Below are positions 7,455 to 16,223 of a stretch of 64,000 bases of DNA, piece by piece. The stretch is from an uncultured Verrucomicrobiota bacterium. Its GTDB lineage: Bacteria > Auribacterota > JABMQX01. Both the position numbers and the translations under genes were made by a program. The stretch lies in contig CAYZXL010000002.1 of assembly GCA_964482435.1 (NCBI GenBank), forward strand, positions 19,083-83,082. Direction: 5' to 3'. A model generated the notes under the pieces. The model was not told where the DNA came from. It did no database searches and worked only from the letters and a program-made list of their open reading frames with translations. Each line of letters begins with the position of its first letter. Positions within the stretch are counted from its first letter, which is position 1.

Positions 7455-9710
7455 CTATGGCTCCCGACGCGGCTCCACGCCGAGAAGGTGCCGCACGAAA
7501 AAATCCTGGCGCCGCCGGTTGCCGTAGGGTGTTTCGCCAGCCCCGTGCCCGGTGCTCGGTATCACCAGCATGTCAAAGTCCTTATCCGCCTTTATCAGGG
7601 CATTGACCATCTGCATGCTGGAAGCCGGGTCAACGTTTCTGTCCATTTCGCCGACGATGAGGAGGAGTTTTCCCTGGAGCCTGTGCGCCTGAGTCACATT
7701 GGACTGCTCACTGTAGTGCGGGCCGACCGGCCAACCCATCCAGAGTTCATTCCACCAGATTTTGTCCATGCGATTGTCATGACAACCGCAGTCGCAGACG
7801 GCAACCTTGTAGAAATCGCCGTGGGCGAGGAGCGCACGCAAGGCGCTCTGTCCGCCCGCCGACCCGCCATAGATGCCAACGCGCGTGATATCCATATAGG
7901 GGCGTTTCGCCGCAGCAGCCTTGATCCACAGAATGCGGTCGGGAAAACCAGAGTCTCCCAGATTCTTCCAGCAAACGTCGTGGAATTTCTTGGAACGGTT
8001 CGACGTCCCCATGCCATCAATCATGACCACAATGAATCCCAATTCCGCCATTGCCTGCGCGCTGTAGTAAGACCTGAACCCCTTTGGGACAAATGACCCC
8101 TGTGGTCCTGCGTAAATCTCTTCGATCACGGGGTACTTACTATCAGGGTCGAAATTCGTCGGACGGAAGATGACTCCGTAGATGTCCGTTTGTCCGTCGC
8201 GGCCTTTGGCGATAAACGGCTCCGGAGCTTGCCATCCGGTCTTGAGCAACTCCGCCCAATCAGCCTTCTCAAGTTCGCACACCAGCTTCCCATCCTCTGC
8301 TCGCCGCAGTTCCGTGACGGGCGCCATGTCCACGCGAGACCAGGTGTCAATCAAGAACTTCCGGTCGGGAGAGAATTCAACGGAGTGGGTGCCATCTCCT
8401 TCTGTCAGAATGGTCAGTCCCCTCCCGTCGAAATTGACGCGGCAATAGTGGACGTAGTAAGGGTCCTGGTCGGGTCGAATTCCGCCGGCGCGAAACCAGA
8501 TTTGTCGTTTCTCTTCGTCCACATTGTCCACCCGCCGCACAACCCACTCGCCCCTGGTGATCTGGTTTTTCACGCGACCCGTCGCTTCGTCGTAAAGGTA
8601 AACGTGGTTCCATCCGTCGCGCTCCGACATCCAGATGATTTCATGCGTGCCCTCGACGTGGTGCATGAACAACTTGTGAGCGTAATCAAGAAAGGTTTCG
8701 CTGCGCTCTTCAATAATGGTACGTGGCTCGCCGGTGGAGGCATCAGCCGCGATGACACGCAGCACCTGATGCCCTCGTTCGTTATAAAGAAATGTAAAGT
8801 GCCGCGAGTCGCTCTCCCATCGGATTTCGTTCGTGCTCCAGGGATTGGCAAACAGCTCGCTGGAGATGGAAATATTCCTTCTCTCCGCGATGTCGAAAAG
8901 CTGCGGCGTTGAAACCGGAATCCTGTCCCCGGGCTTAGGGTACAGGAAAGAGTGCAACCTCGGTTGAACCTGGTCTTTTGGCGACGACTCGACGAAGTAC
9001 ACCTTCCGGTCATCTCCTTTTTTCGTCCGCAGAACCACGACCTTTTGCGAATCCGGCGACCAGAAGACTTTTCCGGAATATTCGTCTTCTGCATTTCCAT
9101 CCGTGCTCAGAGCAAATTCTTCACCATCATCGAGGTTTTGAATGTAAACGTTGTGCTCCTTGAAGAAAGCGAGCCACTTGCCGTCGGGCGATTGGGTGCG
9201 GAAGGAGAATTTTGGCCGACTGCCCCGAGGTCTTCTCTTCCCTTCCGGTTTCGCAGGCGCCTTGGGTGATTCGATTTCGGTGATGGCGTAGTTGTCGAGG
9301 TTGCACTTCCACTCTTTGCTCTCCGCAGCGAACCGAATCGCATTCTCGCCTTCGACGAACTCGATTCCCTCCATCGGCAAATCAGCGCCGTCGTATCGCT
9401 TGCCGGTCTTTTCGGAAAGGGCGGAGGCCAGCCTTGAGTGGTCGAAAGCAAGCTTGCGAGCGCCTGCGACAGCGTCCACTACGATGAATTCCCTGGCGCC
9501 GGCTGGCAAGTCGTTGCGATACCAGAAACGAGTATTGTCAGCGAACCAGTGCGCTTTGACCCTCGCCCTGAAGACCTTATTCTCCGTCATCTTGCGGAGG
9601 TTGTTGGCGCGCTCATAATCCGAGCGCGTTCCCCGGCCATTCGCAAGGTTCCAGGTCGAGAGAAACCCAAAAAGGCAAAAGCTAATTACTCTCCAACGGA
9701 TGATTCTCAC
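7455..9710 (-). CDS. S9 family serine peptidase (DPP-IV-like propeller + prolyl oligopeptidase domain), secreted
   Basis: Track ORF 7455..9818 was trimmed to the GTG at 9710, which is preceded by GGAGGAGG at 7-nt spacing. It has a signal-like N-terminus VRIIRWRVISFCLFGFLSTW. The C-terminal hydrolase domain carries IYGGSAGGQSA and a GHG context. Confidence 0.8.
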   Translation of the reverse strand: MRIIRWRVISFCLFGFLSTWNLANGRGTRSDYERANNLRKMTENKVFRARVKAHWFADNTRFWYRNDLPAGAREFIVVDAVAGARKLAFDHSRLASALSEKTGKRYDGADLPMEGIEFVEGENAIRFAAESKEWKCNLDNYAITEIESPKAPAKPEGKRRPRGSRPKFSFRTQSPDGKWLAFFKEHNVYIQNLDDGEEFALSTDGNAEDEYSGKVFWSPDSQKVVVLRTKKGDDRKVYFVESSPKDQVQPRLHSFLYPKPGDRIPVSTPQLFDIAERRNISISSELFANPWSTNEIRWESDSRHFTFLYNERGHQVLRVIAADASTGEPRTIIEERSETFLDYAHKLFMHHVEGTHEIIWMSERDGWNHVYLYDEATGRVKNQITRGEWVVRRVDNVDEEKRQIWFRAGGIRPDQDPYYVHYCRVNFDGRGLTILTEGDGTHSVEFSPDRKFLIDTWSRVDMAPVTELRRAEDGKLVCELEKADWAELLKTGWQAPEPFIAKGRDGQTDIYGVIFRPTNFDPDSKYPVIEEIYAGPQGSFVPKGFRSYYSAQAMAELGFIVVMIDGMGTSNRSKKFHDVCWKNLGDSGFPDRILWIKAAAAKRPYMDITRVGIYGGSAGGQSALRALLAHGDFYKVAVCDCGCHDNRMDKIWWNELWMGWPVGPHYSEQSNVTQAHRLQGKLLLIVGEMDRNVDPASSMQMVNALIKADKDFDMLVIPSTGHGAGETPYGNRRRQDFFVRHLLGVEPRREP

Positions 9711-10241
9711 CGTCTGACCTCCTCCTGTCTTGGGACAAGCAGTGTTCAAACCTTCTCTGCTGAAAGCACTCATTTGTCGGGCCGGATTTCCAGATCGGCG
9801 CACAGGAGAGCGCCTCACGCCGGAGACGAGTCTTTATGCCGCGAACGGGTTCCGCGGGACAACCTGCACTGATCTCGTACACCTACGCCCGCTTGGTAGC
9901 CTGCCGACGCTGACAGACCGATTGGCAGGCTGAGCAGCTCGTCTGGGGCGTCCGGGCAATCCCCCGGCAAACTGCCTGGTTGTTCTGGATTACTGCCGAT
10001 ATATACCGTTTTCCTTAGCGGCGCGTCCATCCCGGTCTGTGTTCTCAGGGGTTGTGGCAGTTGCGCTCGCATTCGCCTCGCGGCCTCCCTTTCTCACGGC
10101 CTTCTGCCAGCCGGGGAGTCGGACCTTCGATGATTTGCAGCCATGTTGTGTCAGACTCACGCGAGAAATCAATCTTTCCACTGGCTGCGGCCAGGCTATA
10201 ATTGTGACAAATTGAAAACGGCCTCGCCGAGGAGAGTCACG

Positions 10242-11252
10242 ATGACAAAGCGCGAAATTATGCGGATGGTTCTTGAGGGAAAGCATCCCCCTTACGTTCC
10301 CTGGTCAATGGGATTCACGAAGGAAGCGAAGGAAAAGCTCCTCGAACACTATGGATGCTCTGACCTGGAAGTTCCTCTCAGGAATCACATTCTGAAGCTC
10401 GGGAGAGACATCGGCTTTTTCACAGACCTTGGCGATGATCGCGTCCAGGACGGGTTCGGCGTCGTCTGGAACCGAAGCGTGGACAAGGACATCGGCAACG
10501 TGGAAGGCTGCCTCCTGCCTGATCCCACGCTGGCGGGCTACGTTTTTCCCAACCCTCTTGACCCTCGGTTCTTCGAGGACATCCCTGAAAAAATCGCCCA
10601 ATTCCCCGACCGGTTTCGGGTATTTCAAATCGGCTTTTCGCTTTATGAACGCGCCTGGACTTTGCGCGGTTTGGAAAAGCTCCTCATGGATTTCGTCGCG
10701 CACCCCGACTTTGTGCACCAGCTATTCGCGGCAATTGCCGATTACAACATCGCGCAGACAGGAGAGGCGCTGAAATACGACATTGACGCCGTTTACTTCG
10801 GCGACGACTGGGGGCAGCAGCGCGGTCTGCAAATGGGTCCAAAAACCTGGCACGAGTTCATCTACCCCGTCCTCAAGCGTATGTATGGTGTGGTCCGCCG
10901 CGCAGGCAAGTTCGTCATGATTCACTGCTGCGGGGACGTTGACGAGCTGTTCGAGGACTTAATCGCCGCTGGCGTGAATTGCTTCAATCCTTTTCAGCCG
11001 GAAGTGATGGACGTTTACTCTCTCCTCCCTCGGTATCGCGGGCGACTTGCCTTCCACGGCGGCTTGTCAACTCAGAGGACGTTGCCCTTCGGCGCCGTCG
11101 AGGACGTGAAGGCCGAAACGCGACGCCTGCTCGAGCTGGGGCGAGACGGCGGCTACATCTTCGCCCCCGCGCATGACGTGGAAGGCGACGTCCCTTTGGA
11201 AAACATGCTTGCGATGATAGAAGTCGTTCAGGGTCAACCGGAGGCCCGTTAG
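10242..11252 (+). CDS. Uroporphyrinogen decarboxylase (URO-D) family protein / MtaA-like
   Basis: The ATG at 10242 is preceded by GGAGAG. MTKREIMRMVLEGKHPPYVPW, YFGDDWGQQRG and YIFAPAHDV are typical of the URO-D superfamily. Confidence 0.75.
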   Translation: MTKREIMRMVLEGKHPPYVPWSMGFTKEAKEKLLEHYGCSDLEVPLRNHILKLGRDIGFFTDLGDDRVQDGFGVVWNRSVDKDIGNVEGCLLPDPTLAGYVFPNPLDPRFFEDIPEKIAQFPDRFRVFQIGFSLYERAWTLRGLEKLLMDFVAHPDFVHQLFAAIADYNIAQTGEALKYDIDAVYFGDDWGQQRGLQMGPKTWHEFIYPVLKRMYGVVRRAGKFVMIHCCGDVDELFEDLIAAGVNCFNPFQPEVMDVYSLLPRYRGRLAFHGGLSTQRTLPFGAVEDVKAETRRLLELGRDGGYIFAPAHDVEGDVPLENMLAMIEVVQGQPEAR

Positions 11253-11256
11253 CTTC

Positions 11257-12591
11257 ATGCGACTCCCCAACTTACTCGCCACAAGGATAGGACGACTCGT
11301 TGCCTTCTTCTTTCTGTACGTCACGGAGGGTCTCCCGCTTGGCTTCACCGCGACAGCTGTGGCCACACAAATGCGCCGACTTGGCGTCGGGCCTGCCGCC
11401 ATCGGCGTATTCGTGGGGACTCTCTACCTCCCCTGGAGCTGGAAGTGGTTGATGGGGCCGTTCGTTGACGTGCTCTACTCGGACCGCCTCGGCCGTCGGC
11501 GGGCGTGGATCGTCGCAACGCAGGTTCTCATGGTCGTGATGCTGTTAGCGAGCATGCCTGTTGACTATGCCACGGAAATCAAACTGTTCACGATTCTGAT
11601 TATGGTCCTTAACGTCTTTGGCGCAACACAGGACGTTGCCATAGACGCCCTCGCTTGCGGCGTGCTGAGCGAGAAAGAACGCGGGTTGGCCAACGGCCTG
11701 ATGTTCGCAGGAGCCTATGTGGGCCAGGCGATCGGAGGCTCCGGAGTTCTCTTCCTGGCGGGCTACATGGAGTTCAACCGCACGTTTGTGTTCGTGGCTG
11801 GGTGTATTCTGTTTGTGACGCTCTCTGTGTCGTTGGGATTGCGCGAGGCCAAGACGGCCCCTCGCGCCCGCGTGTCCGGGGCACGGTTTCGCTCCATCCT
11901 CGTCGAGATTCGGAGCTATTCTAAGCAAGCCCTCAAGGCGTTTTTTGGCACGCGACCCGCCCGCGCAGGCCTCGTTTTCGCCCTTCTTCCTGCGGGAGCG
12001 TATTCACTCTCCCTTGCCCTGGGTTCGAACGTAGCGGTTGAGATCGGCCTGACCAATTCTGAAATTGCTCTCCTGACGCTGATTTGCACGATTATCTCGG
12101 CCGTCGGGTGCGTCATCGGCGGGTTTCTCTCCGACCGATTTGGACGAAGGAGGATGCTCGCTCTTTATCTCATTGGTACAGCCATCCCAACCATTTATTT
12201 TGCGATTGTCATGAGCCGACATGGCTGGATCATGCCCGTCAACCCGCGAATGCCAAACCGTCCGACCGCGCCGCAAACCCTGATTAACTCCTACTGGACC
12301 GCAAGCATTGTGTACTCAGTTTTTCAGGGCTTGATGTACGGCACACGCACTGCCCTTTTCATGGACATCTGCACGCCCGCTGTCGCCGCAACGCAGTTCA
12401 CCGCATACATGGCCTTGCTGAATCTTGTCATCGGGTGCTCCTCAATATGGCAGGGGCAGACCATCAAGGCCTGGGGCTATCCAGCCACGCTGGCGATTGA
12501 TGCGGCTGCCGGCCTAATCTGCATCTTAGTTTTGCCTTTGATGAGGAAGACCAGCCAGGCACCGGGATTGGAGCAGTCGAGCGCGGGTTGA
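11257..12591 (+). CDS. MFS transporter, AmpG/PAT-like
   Basis: 444-aa ORF starting 4 nt after the previous gene. It has about 12 hydrophobic segments and the N-terminal FFFLYVTEGLPLGF motif seen in AmpG-type MFS proteins. Confidence 0.75.
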   Translation: MRLPNLLATRIGRLVAFFFLYVTEGLPLGFTATAVATQMRRLGVGPAAIGVFVGTLYLPWSWKWLMGPFVDVLYSDRLGRRRAWIVATQVLMVVMLLASMPVDYATEIKLFTILIMVLNVFGATQDVAIDALACGVLSEKERGLANGLMFAGAYVGQAIGGSGVLFLAGYMEFNRTFVFVAGCILFVTLSVSLGLREAKTAPRARVSGARFRSILVEIRSYSKQALKAFFGTRPARAGLVFALLPAGAYSLSLALGSNVAVEIGLTNSEIALLTLICTIISAVGCVIGGFLSDRFGRRRMLALYLIGTAIPTIYFAIVMSRHGWIMPVNPRMPNRPTAPQTLINSYWTASIVYSVFQGLMYGTRTALFMDICTPAVAATQFTAYMALLNLVIGCSSIWQGQTIKAWGYPATLAIDAAAGLICILVLPLMRKTSQAPGLEQSSAG

Positions 12592-12722
12592 TTCGGGTCT
12601 AAATCAGACTTCGTGCTCCGGTCCGTAAATGCGGCGACGTATTTCTCTCGACACGATGATGGCGCGGGGAAGGATTTGCGATCGCCCCGTTCGCGGTCTT
12701 GCCCGCTCGACGTGCCCGTCCC

Positions 12723-14429
12723 CTATTTGACAAACTGGGCCACAAAATACTTCGGTGTCAAGTCATTACCGGTTGCCCGGGCGATCATCTCGCTCCAATG
12801 GTGAAGTGCCCCCGGACCGAACACCTTGTCACAAAGGAATTCTCCGACCTTCTCTTGCCCCACATAACTCACCCCCTCATCCGATTCAAGCTCCAGAATC
12901 CTGTGGACAATGTGGTGATGAAGTTGTGATGCGAACAGCTCACCTAACATGTAGTTGTGATAGTAGCACGGCGCGGTCACAAAGTGGGTTTTCGATGCCC
13001 ATGCCCCAGGAATTGGGCCCGGAGGTTTCTTTAAGAACTGATAGTCTTCCTTCATCTCCCACCAGAGCGAATCTAAGTCCTGGTCCGGATTCGCGTAAAG
13101 CTCCTTTTCAAAATGGTACATCACCATTGCCCAGCGGGCGAAAATGAGCTGTTGGAGCCGGGTGCATTTCTGGCATACCTTCTCGAGGAGAGCTCGCTTT
13201 TCGTCCGATAGCCCAAGCATATCACGCATCCATCCGGCATTTCGGCTCAAACGGCCAAAAAATACGGCTATCCCTTCCGTGGTGAAAGCGTGTGCGGGGA
13301 CTCGCAGCAGATAAGGCTGCTTGTGGTCGTGGTACTTGCTATAGAGCGCGTGTCCCAGCTCGTGCAGGAGCGTCTCCATCCAGCGCTCATCGTTTTTGAG
13401 GTTGCAGAGGATTCGCACGTCGCCCTCGCGGTCAATGTCGGTGCTGAAGGCGTGCTGCGATTTCCTTTCCTTTTCGTACAGGTCGCTTCTGGCGAGGATG
13501 TCATCAACAGGAAGCCCGATACTCGCATAGAATCTCTGCGCCAACTCCTTGACACTGGCTCGACGGTAAAAGGCGTCCAAGTCCACGTCATAGACCAGAG
13601 GAGCACGCTGAAAAAACGAATCGTGATAGTGCCACGGCATCAAATCCGCCGGCACCACGCCGTACTCCTTCGCCAGAGTGCGGTCCAACTCATCCTTCAG
13701 CTGTCCGAAGGTTTCATTGGTGGCCTCGTGAAGTTCGGCAAAAATCTCGTCCAGTTCCTTTCGACTCTGCTCACTCGTCGTCAGAGAAAGCGTGTGGTAA
13801 TTGTCGAACCCGAGGGCTTGCGCCGCACGGTTCCGCAACTTCACCAGTTGGAGCAAATCGGCCGCAACCGCTTCGCCTGCCTGATTGCTCGCTCTCCAGG
13901 CTGTCTCTCGCTTGAAAGAGTCTTTCTCGCTTGTCAGAAGTCTGTTGATGTCGTTAAGGGTGACCCTTTTTCCTTCGATTGTGCTGCGAAACGTGTTGAA
14001 CTCCCTCGTTACTCTCGTGCTTAGTGCAACAATCTTCTCTAATAAACCGGGGTCTATCTGATTCTCGAGATACTCGTTGTACAACCTGTCCAGTTGTCGG
14101 GCGAGCGCTGCATCCCTGACGCTTCCTGACTCTTTGAGCTCGTTCAGAAAAGCGAACTCTTGCCGGCTGCTGTAAATCCGGCAAATCTCAAGCCTCAGTT
14201 CACTGAGCCGGTCGTAATCTTGCTGGCTCCCGGTGACTGAGGCATCCCAGTGAGCGATGTTCGCCTCTCTGTTCAAAGGCTTGGTTCTTTCAACGTGAGC
14301 CGCTATGAACTTTTCCAACTTCCACTCCTTTCCGTCAGGTGAACAACCCGAAAGGAAACCGCTGTACCGCAAATCACGGTTTTTCGTTGATAGAAATCTG
14401 GCATCTGAAGCTCCCGCGGAGTGGCTCAA
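12723..14429 (-). CDS. Gluzincin metallopeptidase, M2 (ACE-like) or M3 family
   Basis: 568-aa ORF with HELGH followed about 24 residues later by TTEGIA (HExxH...E). The context ILCNLKNDERWMETLLHELGHALY resembles M2/M3 peptidases. The start codon is uncertain. Confidence 0.7.
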   Translation of the reverse strand: MSHSAGASDARFLSTKNRDLRYSGFLSGCSPDGKEWKLEKFIAAHVERTKPLNREANIAHWDASVTGSQQDYDRLSELRLEICRIYSSRQEFAFLNELKESGSVRDAALARQLDRLYNEYLENQIDPGLLEKIVALSTRVTREFNTFRSTIEGKRVTLNDINRLLTSEKDSFKRETAWRASNQAGEAVAADLLQLVKLRNRAAQALGFDNYHTLSLTTSEQSRKELDEIFAELHEATNETFGQLKDELDRTLAKEYGVVPADLMPWHYHDSFFQRAPLVYDVDLDAFYRRASVKELAQRFYASIGLPVDDILARSDLYEKERKSQHAFSTDIDREGDVRILCNLKNDERWMETLLHELGHALYSKYHDHKQPYLLRVPAHAFTTEGIAVFFGRLSRNAGWMRDMLGLSDEKRALLEKVCQKCTRLQQLIFARWAMVMYHFEKELYANPDQDLDSLWWEMKEDYQFLKKPPGPIPGAWASKTHFVTAPCYYHNYMLGELFASQLHHHIVHRILELESDEGVSYVGQEKVGEFLCDKVFGPGALHHWSEMIARATGNDLTPKYFVAQFVK

Positions 14430-14564
14430 CAGGCGTATGGGCTACTGTCCTCATATCGTCCTCGTGCGGCTGCACTCCGGCCACAGACCGGCCGACGGCC
14501 ATCGCCGCCAAACACATCCGGCGAGTTGGCATTATAGCGTTACACTCTCTGCCGGTGAGAACTA

Positions 14565-16223
14565 TCACGGTCTTCCTCCGATAATGCCGCCGGGCCACCG
14601 CTCGAGCGTCAGAGGGTCATGCCCGGGCAGGACGATGTCTGCCAGAGACCGGATTTTGTCCATTGCTCGGCGGCAGGCCCCCTCGTCGGGGGTTCGGGCA
14701 GGACGGTCTCGCTCGACGTTTTCGTATTTATAAACGACGTCCCCGGTGAGAACCACCGGCCCGACGTGCGTTCGCACCAGCACCCCCTGACTCCCCGACG
14801 TGTGGCAACCCAGCGGAAGCACCCGCACCCCAGGCACGATCTCCTCATCCTCGACGAGCTGCAACGCCTCAGGCCTCGCCGCAAGCGCTTTTCTTACGTC
14901 CGGCGCAATTCGGTCTCGCGGAGTGGAATTCTCTTCATATTCGCGGCGGTTGACGACGAAACGGGCGTTGGGGAAAGCGTCAAAGTAATCGTAATGGTCG
15001 GGATGAAGGTGGGTCGCAATGACGTGGCTCACATTCGCGGGGTCAATTCCGCGACGCTTAAGAGCTTCAACGGTGCGCTCCTCTGGCAATTGTTTAACGC
15101 CGCCGGGGATGTACTGGGCGGTGGACTTGCTGAACTCTTCCGGATACTTCGGGCCAGTCTCGACGAGGATCGGTCGCTGCCCGCCTTCGATCACCCAGAT
15201 GTACAGAAAGTACGTGCTGGTTTCCTGGCTATTGCTGTCCTGGAAAGTGATGTAGTCGCGAACCTGGCATTCGCCGACTTTGATTGCCCGGATGGTGTAT
15301 TTGGGTGCCCCGGCAGGAGCAGGTGGCCAGCGGTCGAGTGTGCCCGGGTCGTGGCTCGGCAGGACGACGTCAGCTCTGGAACGGATTTTCGCCATCGCCG
15401 CGCGACATTCCTCGAGGTCGCTGAAGATGCCCGGCGGAACGTTTCGCTCAAAGTTGGCAAGCAACGGAACTGTGTCCCCTGTGAGCACCACCCGGCCGTA
15501 GGCAGTGTTCACGCAGAAGGCCATCGAACCGGGCGTGTGTCCCCCGATCCAGAACGATTCAACCCCCGGTAAGACTTCCTGGTCCTCGACGAGAACCAGT
15601 CGCTCCCGGCACTGTATGTTGCTCGTGAACTCGCGCAGAACACGCGCATGTCCCCAGCTCGGAGCCGCTGCTGTGGCGCCCTCCCATTCCTTCTTTCCGA
15701 TATAAACTCCGGCTTTGGTGTAAAGTGGCAAGTCGTCCACGTGGTCAAAGTGCAGATGCGTGATCAAGACGTGGCCGATGTCCTCGGGCGCCAGACCGAA
15801 CCTCCGGAGCTGAGCGGGAGTGCTTTCGCGTTGGTCCTGGGTGATTGGCTGACGCAGCACGGGGGCAGCGCCGCGATTCATCTCCGCTACGTCAGTCAGC
15901 CCGGCATCCACCATGATGGGTTTTTCGCCCCCCAGAATCAACCAGAAGTAAAGCGCGTAATCGTAGGTTTCGCCGTTGTCGCCCCCGTGGAAGGCGTGGT
16001 TGCCGGCGATCTTGCAGACTCCGTTTCGCAAAGCATAAATCCGGTATGTGGGGACGACTCTGTTTTTCGCCAGAGTCTCCGAGGAGGGTGGAGCTGCCAC
16101 CGCCATAGCCCCACCCCGCTGCATACTCCAGCCAGCAAGGGTCCACAGCAGCAAACCTGCCAGCCAGCGCCCGCCCTTTCCTCGAACGTTTTGTTCACTC
16201 GTTGTCACTGGTTCTTCCTCCAT
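14565..16223 (-). CDS. Secreted tandem metallo-beta-lactamase-fold hydrolase (two AHL-lactonase-like domains)
   Basis: 552-aa ORF with a signal-like N-terminus. It has two complete MBL domains, each with its own HxHxDH motif (HLHFDHVDD and HLHPDHYDYF) and a downstream PGH/SHD context. Confidence 0.8.
   Translation of the reverse strand: MEEEPVTTSEQNVRGKGGRWLAGLLLWTLAGWSMQRGGAMAVAAPPSSETLAKNRVVPTYRIYALRNGVCKIAGNHAFHGGDNGETYDYALYFWLILGGEKPIMVDAGLTDVAEMNRGAAPVLRQPITQDQRESTPAQLRRFGLAPEDIGHVLITHLHFDHVDDLPLYTKAGVYIGKKEWEGATAAAPSWGHARVLREFTSNIQCRERLVLVEDQEVLPGVESFWIGGHTPGSMAFCVNTAYGRVVLTGDTVPLLANFERNVPPGIFSDLEECRAAMAKIRSRADVVLPSHDPGTLDRWPPAPAGAPKYTIRAIKVGECQVRDYITFQDSNSQETSTYFLYIWVIEGGQRPILVETGPKYPEEFSKSTAQYIPGGVKQLPEERTVEALKRRGIDPANVSHVIATHLHPDHYDYFDAFPNARFVVNRREYEENSTPRDRIAPDVRKALAARPEALQLVEDEEIVPGVRVLPLGCHTSGSQGVLVRTHVGPVVLTGDVVYKYENVERDRPARTPDEGACRRAMDKIRSLADIVLPGHDPLTLERWPGGIIGGRP

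Noticed and set aside
9711-10241. Small ORFs (9815..10072, 9990..10286 and others) and possible regulators in the 530-nt divergent region between the S9 peptidase and the URO-D-like gene.
   Set aside because: They are mutually overlapping, Arg/Pro-rich and without an SD. The only notable element is a TATAAT at 10197-10202 with a poor -35, which is too weak to report as a feature.
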